Shown here: positions 1-11,300 of the stretch, piece after piece
Numbering within the stretch: the first letter of the stretch is position 1
Layout: each line of letters starts with the position of its first letter
Assembly: GCA_001724265.1 (NCBI GenBank)
Contig: MEDY01000192.1
Location: 1-54,169, forward strand
Length of the DNA: 54,169 bases
Direction of reading: 5' to 3'
Source: Rhizaria sp. SCN 62-66
Lineage: Eukaryota
Notes under the pieces: generated by a model
Databases searched by the model: none
What the model saw: the letters and a program-made list of their open reading frames with translations, nothing else
What the model was told of the DNA's origin: nothing
Translations under genes and position numbers: made by a program

Positions 1-1
1 C

Positions 2-169
2 ATGGTCATGCCCGGCACGCCCGTCGTCAACGCGCTCGCCAAGCAGCAGCGCATGGTCACCAACATCCTCTCCGCCTGCGCCGGCCTGCCCCCGGACAAC
101 GACATGCTCCTCGAGCACAAGACCAAGCTCCCCAAGCCCAACGCGCAGCGCCTCAACGCCAAGCTCTAA
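2..169 (+). CDS. INO1: myo-inositol-1-phosphate synthase, 3' end only (gene begins upstream of window)
   Basis: Frame 2 reads [40 protein letters not shown]...TAA(167-169). This matches the conserved eukaryotic MIPS C-terminus ([11 protein letters not shown]....N...AC.GL.P.N.M.LE). Confidence 0.9.
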   Translation: MVMPGTPVVNALAKQQRMVTNILSACAGLPPDNDMLLEHKTKLPKPNAQRLNAKL

Positions 170-1133
170 GTCAGTCAGCCAGTTGTTTTCTTGCTTAACA
201 TAACAGAAAACAAAACTTTTGTCTTGCTCGGCTCTTTCTTTCTCTCTCTCTGTTGAGAGGAGGTTGCGCGCTTAAACTGAAAGGAGAAGCAATTCTAACT
301 GTATATTAATGACGGTGAAACTTGCGTTCTCTTGATTCGATTTCTCTCGATTTTTCGTTCTCTCTAAGCACTCTTCTGTTTGTGTCCTGCTGACTAACGC
401 CTTTTTGGCAGATACCATAACCTTCCCTCCCCGTTTTTCTTTGTGCGCTGTTGCCACACACGCATCCACACCCACACCACCACACTTAGTTGTTATTGTC
501 GCTGTTGCTGTTGTTGTGTGACTTCACTGCATGAAGAAGTACTCATCAAACGTAAAGGTTTTTAGTTAAAACACGCACGCGTTGTCTTCCTGTTATTCAG
601 CGATATCTATTCGGACATCCCGTGTTTCGTGTTCTATCACACATCTTTATTGTTTTACTCAAACTCAAATTCAATAGTCAATATCTTCTTCTCTCTCAAC
701 TCAAAAGTCTTTGGGCGGCGGCGAGCATATTGTTGCGTCGTCTCGTGCCACAGTCTCATCAGTATATATGCTAAGTTCATTGGTAATAGATTCTCTCTTT
801 TTTAAAACATGCTGACCTGACTGTATCATATCGTCAACGTTTAAAACGCTCTTTGATCGATCTGACAGTGCATATCCAGTGAATTGTGTCGCTCTGCGCG
901 ATGATGAAGCGTTCGTGGTGACGTGGCAATTGGGCTTATCGGAGCTTTTGAATGAAGATCGATGGGGCATCTGCCATCGTAAATCAGGAATTTCACGACG
1001 GATTCATGTTTAAACATGAGGTTTTATTACTTGTCCTGTTTGGTTTGTCTTAATCACTTTGTTTTGCTTGCGATATCGCCTTTCTCCGCCCACCCCTTTG
1101 CTCCCTTTTGCTTACCGCTGTAGCAAAAGACAC

Positions 1134-2459
1134 ATGTCTGCCGCTGTAGCCACCAAGATGCAAGAGATCCAGTCTTGCCAACAAAAGGTAAGATTTACTT
1201 CTGTTAATATCTTCCACCTTACTGCCTGACCTTGCCTGTGTCCATCTTGCATATCCATAATCTCGCCGCAACACAACTCACTTCTTCTCTTAACTGGGGC
1301 CTTCGCTGCTTCGCTCTTGCATTCCACGCGTGACAACAACAACAGGGCGATGCTCTGTTTAAGGAGGGCAAATTCCGCGAGGCCCGCTCCTGGTACGAGC
1401 AAGGTCTCCGCGTCAACAAGAACCAGATCAAGGGTTCCGCCTCGGTTCTCAAGCCTTTCGCGTCCCAACGCATCCGGCTCGAAGCCGAGATGTTTGCCGC
1501 TGTCGCCGACTGCTGTCTCCACGCCACGCCGCGCGACCAGCTTGCCGCGCTTAAGGCCGCTACGGCCGCGCTCGAGGCCGACGCCGCGTGCGAGAAGGCG
1601 CTGTTTCTGCGCGCCAGTGCTTTTTCGCTCGACGGTGTCTGGCAGTCCCGCAGCCGTTTCGACGCTGACAAAGATAAGCTCCTGGTACGCTATCATATAT
1701 TCGCATCTATGGATAGTTCGTTTATATTCATATACATGTTACGTTTATTCTTATTATTGCTTTATCTCGCATCTGTAGACCATAATCTTTGTGCTAATAT
1801 CTGTAATGATAATGTTCGCTTTGATTTTTTGTTTCTGTCAGTCTCTGTACCCCGAGAGTATCTACGCGGCCCCGATTCTCTCCATCACGCCCCCGTCGCT
1901 TGCCAGCGACCGGATCTTTGCCCAGCTCCCGACGAAGCCGGCCCCCGCGGCGACCAAGGCCTTCGGTGTATCTGTGACGAGCTTCGCGGACCGGCCCAAG
2001 GACGACAGCGACAGCGACGGGGAGGAGCATCCCGATGATAAAGAGGCGCGCGAGCGGCAAGGTAAGCTGCAGGAGAAGCTGGTGGCGTCGATGAGCAGCA
2101 ATCTCGACTGGCACAAGCAGTTTGTACTGAAGAACCCCGATTTCGCAGCCAAGTACCCCTCCACCACCAGCAGCAGCAACAACAACAACAACAACAGCGG
2201 CAGCGGCAGCAGCAGCAGCGTTAACAAGACCGCTAGCCCGAGCCCCGCCGTTGACAAGGCTGCGGACAGCTTTAGCAGCGACAAGGACGTTGTATCGCGC
2301 GCGTCACTGAGCATCCGCCAGTCGCGTCGCCGCTGCACCGAGCGTATCGCCGATCTCCTCATGTATCTCGTCTCTTTCTGCGCCGACACCGGCGTCAAGG
2401 ACGGCAATAACAACGCAGACGCGAACGGTGCTGTGAGCGAGCACGCCAAGGACAAGTGA
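1134..2459 (+). CDS. TPR-domain protein; exons 1134-1187, 1346-1684, 1842-2459
   Basis: Two phase-0 GT-AG introns join MSAAVATKMQEIQSCQQK|GDALFKEGKFREARSWYEQGL...KALFLRASAF...DKLL|SLYPESIY. The G..LFK.G.F..A...Y..GL and KALF.RA motifs are TPR-like. Stop is TGA. Confidence 0.75.
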
Positions 2460-3372
2460 GCGGAGTGTTAGCGCGTTTTGGAGTCATATTGCCGCTGTAA
2501 TATTGTGCGTGTGGCTGTCTTAATTGGTGTTCTCTTGTGTAGAGGACGGCAGTGAAGAGCTCGATGGCCAGATTACGCGCATATGCGCTGTAAATCGACT
2601 CACTTAGAGTAGTGTTAGATTAATATGAATATTATACACTTGAAATTGTTGAATTAAGGCTCACTGTGTTGATTTCAGCGCGATACTGGTTGAAATTTCT
2701 TTGTTCGAGGATTCTCTAAGTCCAGGTAGGAAATGTCGGTTTGTATTGAGTTAGAGTGATGATTACTGATTATAAGATAATGAATTGCACCAAAATGGGA
2801 GCAATTCCATCGGTTTGTCCCCGTGAGTTCCAAACTCTGAAACTGCTCACAGTCACTTTTACTACACTCCTGACTTTTTCGGTCCCGCCACCCGACTGAC
2901 GATGTGAGATTAGCGCGCCATTTGGCCACAGTCATGTCGCCAATATCGAAGGGAAATTGAGGCTATTGTACATTTTGTAATGAAGTGCTGTGAATTGATT
3001 TGAATAGGGCGCTGCCTTGAGAGTAATATGTGATTATAGGCACGCGTTATGTCAATATCTGTGGTCTCTATTTCCTTTCGTCGGTGCACCGTCTTCGCGG
3101 TTCGCTTCAGCAGTTGTCTTTGCCTGCGCTCTGTCCCAGGCTTTTGCACGTTCACTTTCCGCTTTTTGCACTTGTATCAGCACATTCATATACTTGATAT
3201 GCACAAATATTCCCCGCATATCTGTTCCCGCTGACGGATTCTCCCACTTTCGTGCTCTTTTCCCCGCTTCCTCACGTGTTCCCACTGCCCCGCTCTCAAA
3301 CATGCTCTCGTGCTTGCACCTGCGCCTTGTGTCACTTCGCTCTGCTCTCGCGCTCCCCACGTCACGATCCAG

Positions 3373-4488
3373 ATGTTCCGCCTGTCCACCGGCCTTTCCA
3401 AGGTCTTCACCACCTCGGCCGCCGCCGTGAAGCCCGCCCCCGCGGTGTCTTCCTTCCTGTCCATCCCCACTATGGGCTTCGCTCGCGTCGCGCGCGCCGC
3501 CAAGGTCGAGGTCGTCGAGCCCGCCGCCGCCCCGCGCAAGCGCAAGACCGCCGCCGCCGCCGCCGCCCCCGTCGTCGTGGTTGCCGCGACGCCCAAGAGC
3601 CGTGCCAAGCTCGCCACGACCCCCGCGACCGCGGCGGCCAAGAAGACGAAGCTTCCCGAGGGCCTCGCCTCGAGCGCCGGCATCGACATCGTCCCCGCTC
3701 CCCCCGCGCCCCGCTCCAAGCTTCCCACCCGCGCCGCCATTGCCGAGGCGTACTACGTCGCGTCTGGCGCCAAGGTCGCCGGCGGCGGCCGCCGCGCCCC
3801 GTTCGTCCCCACTCCGGCCCAGCTGCTCGCGCACCGCACCGACTCCGCCGCTGTGAACGACCAGTGCATCGCCAGTGCGACGGCTGCGCTCCCGGCCACG
3901 GCCACCAAGGCCGAGGTCGCCGAGACCGTCGCCCGCGCGCGCGCGGCTGCTAAGGAGATCATCGAGCAGCAGAACAAGATCATCGAGCGCTCTGCGAGCA
4001 TGATCATGAAGCGTCATCGCACCAACCAGCTCTCGGAGCGTCTGCTCATCAAGGACGCGCTGCTCCGCGGCCGCGCCCGCCCCCAGGGCTGGTATGCCAT
4101 CTTCCTCAAGTCCCTCGACGCCTCTCAGCGCCCCGAGGGCATGACCCTGATGTCGTACGCGGCGTCGAAGCGCGCGCAGCTCACGGACAGCGAGATTGCC
4201 GAGTTCCGCATGCAGGCTAAGCAGCTGAGTGAGGAGTTCAACGGCGAGCTCGCCAAGATTCCCAAGCGCCCGCTCTCGGGCTACGCGCGCTTCTTCTCCT
4301 CCAACTTCAAGTCGGTCCCCGTCCCCTCGGACCTGTCTTCGCGTCAGGCCGTGACGTATGTCGCCCGCGAGCTTGGCGCGGCCTGGAAGGCGCTGCCCGA
4401 GGAGACCAAGAAGGAGTGGGCGCCCGCTGAGGAGGAGAAGCTGGCGTACAAGGAGGCCATGAAGAAGCTCCACGCTGAGGTTCTCTAA
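3373..4488 (+). CDS. HMG-box protein with probable mitochondrial presequence (TFAM/Abf2/Glom-like architecture)
   Basis: C-terminal HMG box PKRPLSGYARFF...VARELGAAWKALPEETKKEW..AEEEKLAYKEAM, preceded by a degenerate box (RPQGWYAIFLK...QLTDSEIAEF). The N-terminus MFRLSTGLSKVFTTSAAAVK is acid-free. Stop is TAA. Confidence 0.75.
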   Translation: MFRLSTGLSKVFTTSAAAVKPAPAVSSFLSIPTMGFARVARAAKVEVVEPAAAPRKRKTAAAAAAPVVVVAATPKSRAKLATTPATAAAKKTKLPEGLASSAGIDIVPAPPAPRSKLPTRAAIAEAYYVASGAKVAGGGRRAPFVPTPAQLLAHRTDSAAVNDQCIASATAALPATATKAEVAETVARARAAAKEIIEQQNKIIERSASMIMKRHRTNQLSERLLIKDALLRGRARPQGWYAIFLKSLDASQRPEGMTLMSYAASKRAQLTDSEIAEFRMQAKQLSEEFNGELAKIPKRPLSGYARFFSSNFKSVPVPSDLSSRQAVTYVARELGAAWKALPEETKKEWAPAEEEKLAYKEAMKKLHAEVL

Positions 4489-5392
4489 AGTGCGTGCTTG
4501 CAGCAAGGGTAACTTTTGCTTGGGTGTTCTTGGTTTTTTGAGCACAGAGCAAACATGGCTGTAGGAGCACTCGTAATTATCAAAGTAGTCGTAGCAGTAA
4601 TCACAATTAGTATCAGTGAGTAAAAAAGCAGCAGTAGCGCTTGCACCGTTTGTTTTTGTTTGATTCTTGTTTGGAACAAGAGCAACGTCAAGGCTGCCGT
4701 CTCTCTGTTGCTTTCTGCTTGCTTGTATCATCTGTCTCTATCTTACGGGGGAGGTACCTTGCTTGTTAGGATAAGTCAGTGCGTTTTATAGTGCGTATTT
4801 GTACGCGTAATGTATTTTGTGTGTGTATGTATTAGTAATAACAACATCTGCACAGTTGTCGTCGCCGTGTTACTCGGCGCTGTTGCTGTGCTTAAAGACA
4901 CGACCACTTGTTGTCGTCGCTGTCTCTGTCTGTGCGTGTTTGGGAAGTTTTTTTTCTGTCATTCTTGCTATGCTCTTGCGCAACAAGGGGTTGATGACAA
5001 CACGTATGCAGGACGGAGCAGCTGTGACAGCAGCAGGTATCTTGGGGTTGAGAGACTACAACAGAAGCAAGCAATGGTGTGGTTCCTCCAAGTGGCGGTT
5101 GTGGTACAAATAATGAGAAGAATAAATAGTCTGTCGTGTCGTGGAGACTCTGCAGATCAAATCATAAACAACGTTTTAAGACATCAAATCATTGCATTGT
5201 TTATTTTATTTAATTATATCTCACACAATCATCGTTTGTCGCTCCATATCTTGTTCCAAGCTGCCCTTCGGCCCACACGTTTAGGCAACTTCGTCAAACT
5301 TTGATTCCCCTTGCTCTCACGCCTCACAACCACACTGCAGCAACACATAGTTTCGGAAACGCGCTTGTTGACTGCGTTGGCGTTGTGGTACG

Positions 5393-8077
5393 ATGGCGAC
5401 TTTGCGCATTTTCCCCGCGGAAGAGGTTCTGCAGCCCCCTTCTGTGAAGGAAGGCGGGATGTCGATGAGCACCGAGCGCCGCATCCGCTTCGTCTTTGTG
5501 CGCCTGATCTACGACGCTGCGGCTCTGCTACACCTGCCAGCAGTGACTGCCGCCACGGCCGCTGGCTACTTCCACTACTTTTATCAGTACCTCAGCATGC
5601 TGCATCACGATCCGCTCATCTGCGCGCAAGCCTGTCTCCTGCTCGCCGCCAAAGTCAACGAAAACACGCGCCGCGTGCGCGACATCTACACCGTTACCTA
5701 CCACCTCTGTAACTCCCCCACGGGCGCGCCTACCGTCCCGCTGAACATGGCCTACTGGTCCGTCAAGGATTACATCGTCCGCTGCGAGCAGACTCTGTTG
5801 CGCGTTCTCTCCTTCACCGTCTCGCTGCCGACGGCGCTAGCCTACATCGCGCCACTTGCGCGCGAGCTGGAGCTCTCGGACGCGCACACCACGCTCGCAC
5901 TCGCCGCTTGCAACGACGCCGCCGCGCTCCCTCTTTGTCTGCAGTTCCCGCCGCTGGAGATTGCGTGTGGCGTGCTGCGCTTCACGGCTGGGCTCTTGGC
6001 GGGCGCGCCCGTGGCTGCGACGCTAGATACGCTTGCTGAGGCGGCACCCACGCTACGGCCGCGCTCACGCTCGCATGTACGCTCGCGGTCACGCTCCCGG
6101 TTGCGCTCACGGTCTCGTTTGGATTCGCACTCGCGCGCCCAGCCACAGTCACGCTCGCATGATAAGCACTGTCGTGTTCACAATCATTCGCATGCACAAT
6201 TGCATCAAAATAGGAGCAACGGCAACATGGCGGATAGCGCGATTAAGACCGAGTCTGATGAGAGCAATCACATCAACAACGGCAATAACGACAACTGTAA
6301 TGGTGACACTAACTGCACGTGTAGCGTGAGTGCTAGTGCGAGCGCACCTGCGAGTGGCAAGACTAACGCGTATGCGCGTTTTGCCTGCAACAGGGATCGA
6401 TTTAAGCGTATTGTGCATGATTTTGGTGCGAAGATATCTCTAGTTCCCCGTTCATGTCCAATTTCAGCGCTTTCCCTTCAAAGCAACACAAAATCCAATC
6501 GCCCCAGTGTTAATAGCCCAACCGCGAATGCAGGTGCTGAGAATGAGGCTGAGGCTGCTGCTAAGGCGGATGCAGACTGTGACACTGGTATCAGCACTAA
6601 CAACGAACTTATCACCAAGCTTATGAATAACAACAACACCACCAACAACAACAGTAAGCGTGACACCAACTCAGCCGCGCACAGCGCAGCGCCGTGCGCT
6701 GGTTTGAGCGCCAGCAGCGCAGTGTCCGCTGAGGACGCCGTGATCGCGGCCTACGCCCAGCACGCGGCGCCGCACCTGCTTTCGGCCGCCGCCGCCGAGG
6801 CCGCGGCCGCGACTGCGCCCGCTGTGCTCGCCGCGCGTTTTGCTGTGTCCGCGGAAGCTGTGGTGACCGTGAGCCGGGCCATCGACGGACTGTACACACA
6901 GCAGCCCACGGTCGTGGACGGGGAGGCAGAAGGGTGGGTCTGGAGCGGCGGGTCATCGGACTCGAATTCAGACTCCAATTCTGGCTCTGAGTCCGACTCC
7001 GGCGATGATAGCGATAATCACAGTGACGTTGGTGGTGATGAGTCGACTGCTGGAGCTGTTGTTGCAGCTAAGAGCGGCGGGAAAATATCGAGTAAAAGTC
7101 GCCATGGCAGGGAGACGTTTAACGACGCGGATTATACGAATGACTATGAGTATGATTACGATGATTACGATGACGGCGACTATTACGATAGCTCTAGGAG
7201 CAAGAGCAAACGGAGCAAGAGTAAGAGCAATTCAAATGCAACAGCAATGAGCGACGAAGCGAGTAACAACGCGATGACGAACACTGCGGACAAAATAACA
7301 AACAACAACGGCCGCGGGCCACGTGGTGAGAACGATGCTGAGTATCGCTGTTATTGTGGCTCTGCCACAGATAGTGACAGCGACAGCGACAGCGATGGTT
7401 ATAGCGACTATGACGCGTTCATTGCTGAGCTTGAAGCAGCTGAAAACAATGCTACAACGAACAACAGCACAACAAGTCAGACGAAGGCTAGTATTAGCAA
7501 CAGCAACTCTGCTGACACTGAGATAAAGGCACATAAGGCTCACAACAACACACCAGCAGTATCCCCTGTCGATGCGAGTCACGATAACCACCGGCATTGT
7601 CGCAACTGCCGGCGCTGCCGCCGCCGCTGCCGACACCTCAACGGCGGCCGCGACTGCCTTGAGCGCCGCCGCAGGGACCGCGCTTCGTACTTATCGTTTG
7701 CGCTTGCTCTTGCACGCGAACAGGCCGCAGCGAAGGCGCAGCAGCAGCAACTTGAGGAGCAGCAACAGCGCGCCGCCGCCGCAGCTGCCGCTGCCGCCGC
7801 CGCGACTGCTTCTGCCGGAGCTCCAGGTGTGAGCTACAGCGTTGGCGGGGTTGGAGGACGCACGCCGTTCTACGGCCGTATTTCTGCGCTCAATACCAAC
7901 TGGGGATCATACTCTGGCCCCACTGCAGCGAGCTCGAGCGTCAACACAAACACTAATCCTTATAACGAAGCTATTTTATCGAGCAACGGCGCGGCTGGTG
8001 TTAACACTGCTGTTGCAGCAACGCCTGCGTACGGTACTGCCGCGCAACAGGCACAACACGGACAACAGCAGCATTAA
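5393..8077 (+). CDS. transcription-type cyclin (cyclin L / cyclin Q-FAM58 family) with long low-complexity inserts
   Basis: Cyclin box LLHLPAVTAATAAGYFHYFY...ACLLLAAKVNENTRRVRDI...YWSVKDYIVRCEQTLLRVLSF, plus an RS-rich tract. 894-aa uninterrupted ORF, stop TAA. Confidence 0.85.
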   Translation: MATLRIFPAEEVLQPPSVKEGGMSMSTERRIRFVFVRLIYDAAALLHLPAVTAATAAGYFHYFYQYLSMLHHDPLICAQACLLLAAKVNENTRRVRDIYTVTYHLCNSPTGAPTVPLNMAYWSVKDYIVRCEQTLLRVLSFTVSLPTALAYIAPLARELELSDAHTTLALAACNDAAALPLCLQFPPLEIACGVLRFTAGLLAGAPVAATLDTLAEAAPTLRPRSRSHVRSRSRSRLRSRSRLDSHSRAQPQSRSHDKHCRVHNHSHAQLHQNRSNGNMADSAIKTESDESNHINNGNNDNCNGDTNCTCSVSASASAPASGKTNAYARFACNRDRFKRIVHDFGAKISLVPRSCPISALSLQSNTKSNRPSVNSPTANAGAENEAEAAAKADADCDTGISTNNELITKLMNNNNTTNNNSKRDTNSAAHSAAPCAGLSASSAVSAEDAVIAAYAQHAAPHLLSAAAAEAAAATAPAVLAARFAVSAEAVVTVSRAIDGLYTQQPTVVDGEAEGWVWSGGSSDSNSDSNSGSESDSGDDSDNHSDVGGDESTAGAVVAAKSGGKISSKSRHGRETFNDADYTNDYEYDYDDYDDGDYYDSSRSKSKRSKSKSNSNATAMSDEASNNAMTNTADKITNNNGRGPRGENDAEYRCYCGSATDSDSDSDSDGYSDYDAFIAELEAAENNATTNNSTTSQTKASISNSNSADTEIKAHKAHNNTPAVSPVDASHDNHRHCRNCRRCRRRCRHLNGGRDCLERRRRDRASYLSFALALAREQAAAKAQQQQLEEQQQRAAAAAAAAAAATASAGAPGVSYSVGGVGGRTPFYGRISALNTNWGSYSGPTAASSSVNTNTNPYNEAILSSNGAAGVNTAVAATPAYGTAAQQAQHGQQQH

Positions 8078-8346
8078 TAGTGGCAACGTGGAGGTGTATT
8101 TCTTCGTCATTCTTCCATTGTTAAGATATTTAAGGTTTACCGTTACAAAGTCACAGTTTACAAAGCCGTTAATTACAAAGAACATTAAGCTTATTTTCTT
8201 TATTTTATCATAATACACGAATGTGTAAGATCTAAAAACATTATTATTCGTCGGTTATTGTCATTAATCGAGAGACAACACGTTTATATCATATCCGCAA
8301 GTCGCAATCAAGATTGCAACGTGTTCGTTCGTCCACCCATTCTCAT

Positions 8347-11300
8347 TCACTGGTGCGAGGCCGTCTTCTTGAGCTTCTCATGGAGGCGCCCCAGCTCAGC
8401 CTCGAGCGCCACAGGCCTGCCGGCCCTGGTGGGCACCGTGGGCACGACGTTCAGCCGCCCGGGCTCTGCGCTCGTGCCTGCGTTGGGGTGATCGATCGTG
8501 ATCACGCGCGGCCGCCCGTCGGCCGGCTTGCGGAACACTGCGTCAGGCCACTGCAGCGGCTTCACCTGCAAAAGCTCACGCAGCTCGCGCGCGCCCGGGT
8601 CCGAAGGCAGGACTGTAAGCGTCGCGGCGGCGTTAAGCGCGTCCAGCTGCGCCAGAGAGGGCGTCGGCACAGGCGCGTCCCCCAGCAGACCGGCCGAGCC
8701 AGAGCCTGAGCTGTGTGGCTGCAGCAGAGCTAGCGAGCGTGCGCTCACGCCGCTGCCGCCGCTGCTGTTGCTCGCGGACGAGCCCTCTGCCGCTGCGGCG
8801 GCCGCGGCGGCGCGGCGGCCTGTGTTGCGCGCGCGCTGCGCGTTCGCGGCTGCGAACGCCGACGACGCCGGGGCCTGATACAGCCCCGCGAAGGACAGCG
8901 CGCTCGACGGCGGGCCGGGGCGGTAGTTGGACGAGAACGAGCCGTAGTCGTCCTCGCCGCCGTCGCCGTCTTCGTCATCGTCGCCGTCGCGCCTGCTGCT
9001 GCCGCCGCCGCGGTTGTCCGTCGTTGTGAGTGCCGTGCTGGCGGGAGCGACCGGAACGAGCGCGCGGGCGTTCCCGCCGCTGGAGCTGGAAGCTGCGGCT
9101 GCGGCAGCGGCGGAGGCGGCGGCGGCGGACGCGGCTGCGGTGGCCCGGGTGAGACCGCGCGGGGGCGCGCCGGCCTGCTGCTGTTGTTGTGCCGGAGGTG
9201 AGTAGAGCGAGTTGGCAAAGATTGCGGTGGCATAGTCGTCGCGACGCTCGATCTCGTAAGCGTCCATCTCATCATCGCCGTCGTCCTCTTCGTCATTGTC
9301 GCTGTAGCCAGCGGAGCCAGAGGCAGCGCCACCAGTCTTGGACGTGCGAGCATTGTTGTTACTCGCGGCCGTCGCAGGCGCAGAAGAAGCTGCAGTCGCA
9401 GGCTTGGCTTCAGCGAAGGCCTCAGGGTTCGCTGCCGCGTTGGTAGCTGCGTCCGAGTCTTGCTGCTGTTGTTGCAGGTGCTTGCTGTACTTAGTGAGCA
9501 CGCTGCGCAGCCGCTCAGATGATGTCAACCCGGCAGCGCTGTCAAGCGCGCTCCTGCGCGCCCTCGCGCCCGCAGCCTCGCGCTGCTCCTCTTCCTCGAT
9601 CAGCCGCAGCTCCTCCATGTCAACAGCCGCGCTGGAGCGGCCACGCGTCGCCGCCGCCGCTGCAGCCGCGGCGTCGCGCACTTCGTCCTCATTCTCCGAG
9701 GCGCTCACATCACACCAGCTGCGCGGCGCAGAGGACTCCCTCCGCGCCGCCGCCGCCGCCGTCGCAGTGGCCGCTGCGAGGTTCGCGGCCACGGCGGCGC
9801 GGCGGCGCGCGCGGCTCTGCGCGGTGCCGGACTGGCTCGTCGCCACAGACGCCGCGGCTTCGGCGGCGGCGGCGGCGGCGGCGCTGGCGGCGGAGGCAGC
9901 GGCCGCCGTCGCCGCGGTGGCCTTGGCGCGCGGGCAGAGCGCAAGATCCCACGGCACGTAGTGGCGGCAGCGCGGGTGCGAGCACGCGATGGAGCCGTCA
10001 GCGGCGCGCTCCTCCCCGTCCTCGGCGCACTTGCCGCCGACAACAGACCTGGAGACTGTGCAGCGAGCGCTGTCCTTGCGCTCAGCGGATGAGGACACAG
10101 CGGTGGAAGCGGCGGCGGTGAGCTTGTGGGTGTCGACGTCGTCATCATCGTCCGCGGCGTTGTTGTTCGCGTAGAGGTTCGACAGGAACGTCTTGTCTGC
10201 TGCGGCGCCCGCAGTCTTGGCCTTGGCGGCCGCGCTGGCTGGTGCGGTCAAGCTGGCGAACCCGCTCAAGCCACTGACGACCGATGCGGCGATGTTGTTC
10301 GCGCGCGCCCGCGCCGCGGCCGCCGCACGGTTGCGCCGGGCCTTGTTCTCCTCCTCTTCCTCCTCGGCGGCCAGCACGCGCATCTGCCTCTCCGCCGCGC
10401 GCACGCGCCTGCGCAGCCGCGCGGCGGCGCCATGCATGTGCTCGGTCCCGCGCAGCCTCAGCAGCAGCGCGGGCACGTCCAGCGTGGGGCGCACACCGAG
10501 CTCGCCGACGAGCTGCCCCACGCGCGACCACACGCGCACTTGTCCGTTGTCCGACGCCGTGGCGAACGCCTGCAAGTGCGGCGCGGCGACCACGGCGGTG
10601 GGCAGGCCGCGCGCGTGGGGCCGCCACGAGTGGATCAGGCGGAACAGCGGACGCACGTGCGCGCGCAGAGACGAAACCACTGCGTTGGACAGCGGGAGTG
10701 CGATAGAGCTGCCACTAATAGGGCTGGTGCTAGCATTGGAGTTAGAGCTGGATGAGGCGTTGGCGTCAGTGTTGGCGTCCGCGCTAGACGTTGCCGTCGT
10801 GGCCGCAGCACCAGCGGCGCCAGCTGCAGTTGCACTGGCATCGGCTGAACTGCCGCTACTGCCACTGTTGCTGCTGTTGGCAGCACCGGGAGCAGAAGTT
10901 GCGGTAGTCCCAGCAGTCGCCGCCGCTGCCGCCGCCGCTGCCGCCGCCGCCGCCGCCGTCGTCGCGGCCGCAGCTGCGACAATGGCGGGGCATCCCGCGG
11001 CCGCCGCAGCCGCTGCGGGGCCCAACGCGCTCTCCACCGCAGCCGTCGCTGTTGTGGCAATGCCGGTCACTTCGAACGCGGTCGCGCTCGCACCGGGCGC
11101 CAGATCGCGCGCGATGCCGCGCCCGGCCTGACTCGCGCCAGCGGCAGCAGCGGCTGCAGCGGCGGCGGCGGCCGCGGCGGCAGCGGCGCGGGACTGTTTA
11201 CCGGCGGCCGCGCGCACCGGCACAAGCGGCGCGCGCGCGAGCGCGGCAGCAACGCCGAGCGCAAGCGGCGAGCATGAGTACGTGTGTCCGCCGTTGTGCG

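Noticed and set aside
3052-4731. 559-aa antisense ORF over the HMG-box gene, and many other long overlapping ORFs (e.g. 12646-14754, 32178-33410, 52171-53406)
   Set aside because: Shadow ORFs expected from GC-rich, codon-biased coding sequence; no recognisable domains.
4810-5304. 164-aa ORF between the HMG and cyclin genes, and similar short AT-rich ORFs (272-970, 19595-19906)
   Set aside because: UTR/intergenic composition, no codon bias and no motifs.
8075-8080. TAA TAG tandem at the cyclin end as evidence that TAG is a stop
   Set aside because: TAA comes first and terminates. A single following TAG in AT-rich UTR is uninformative.
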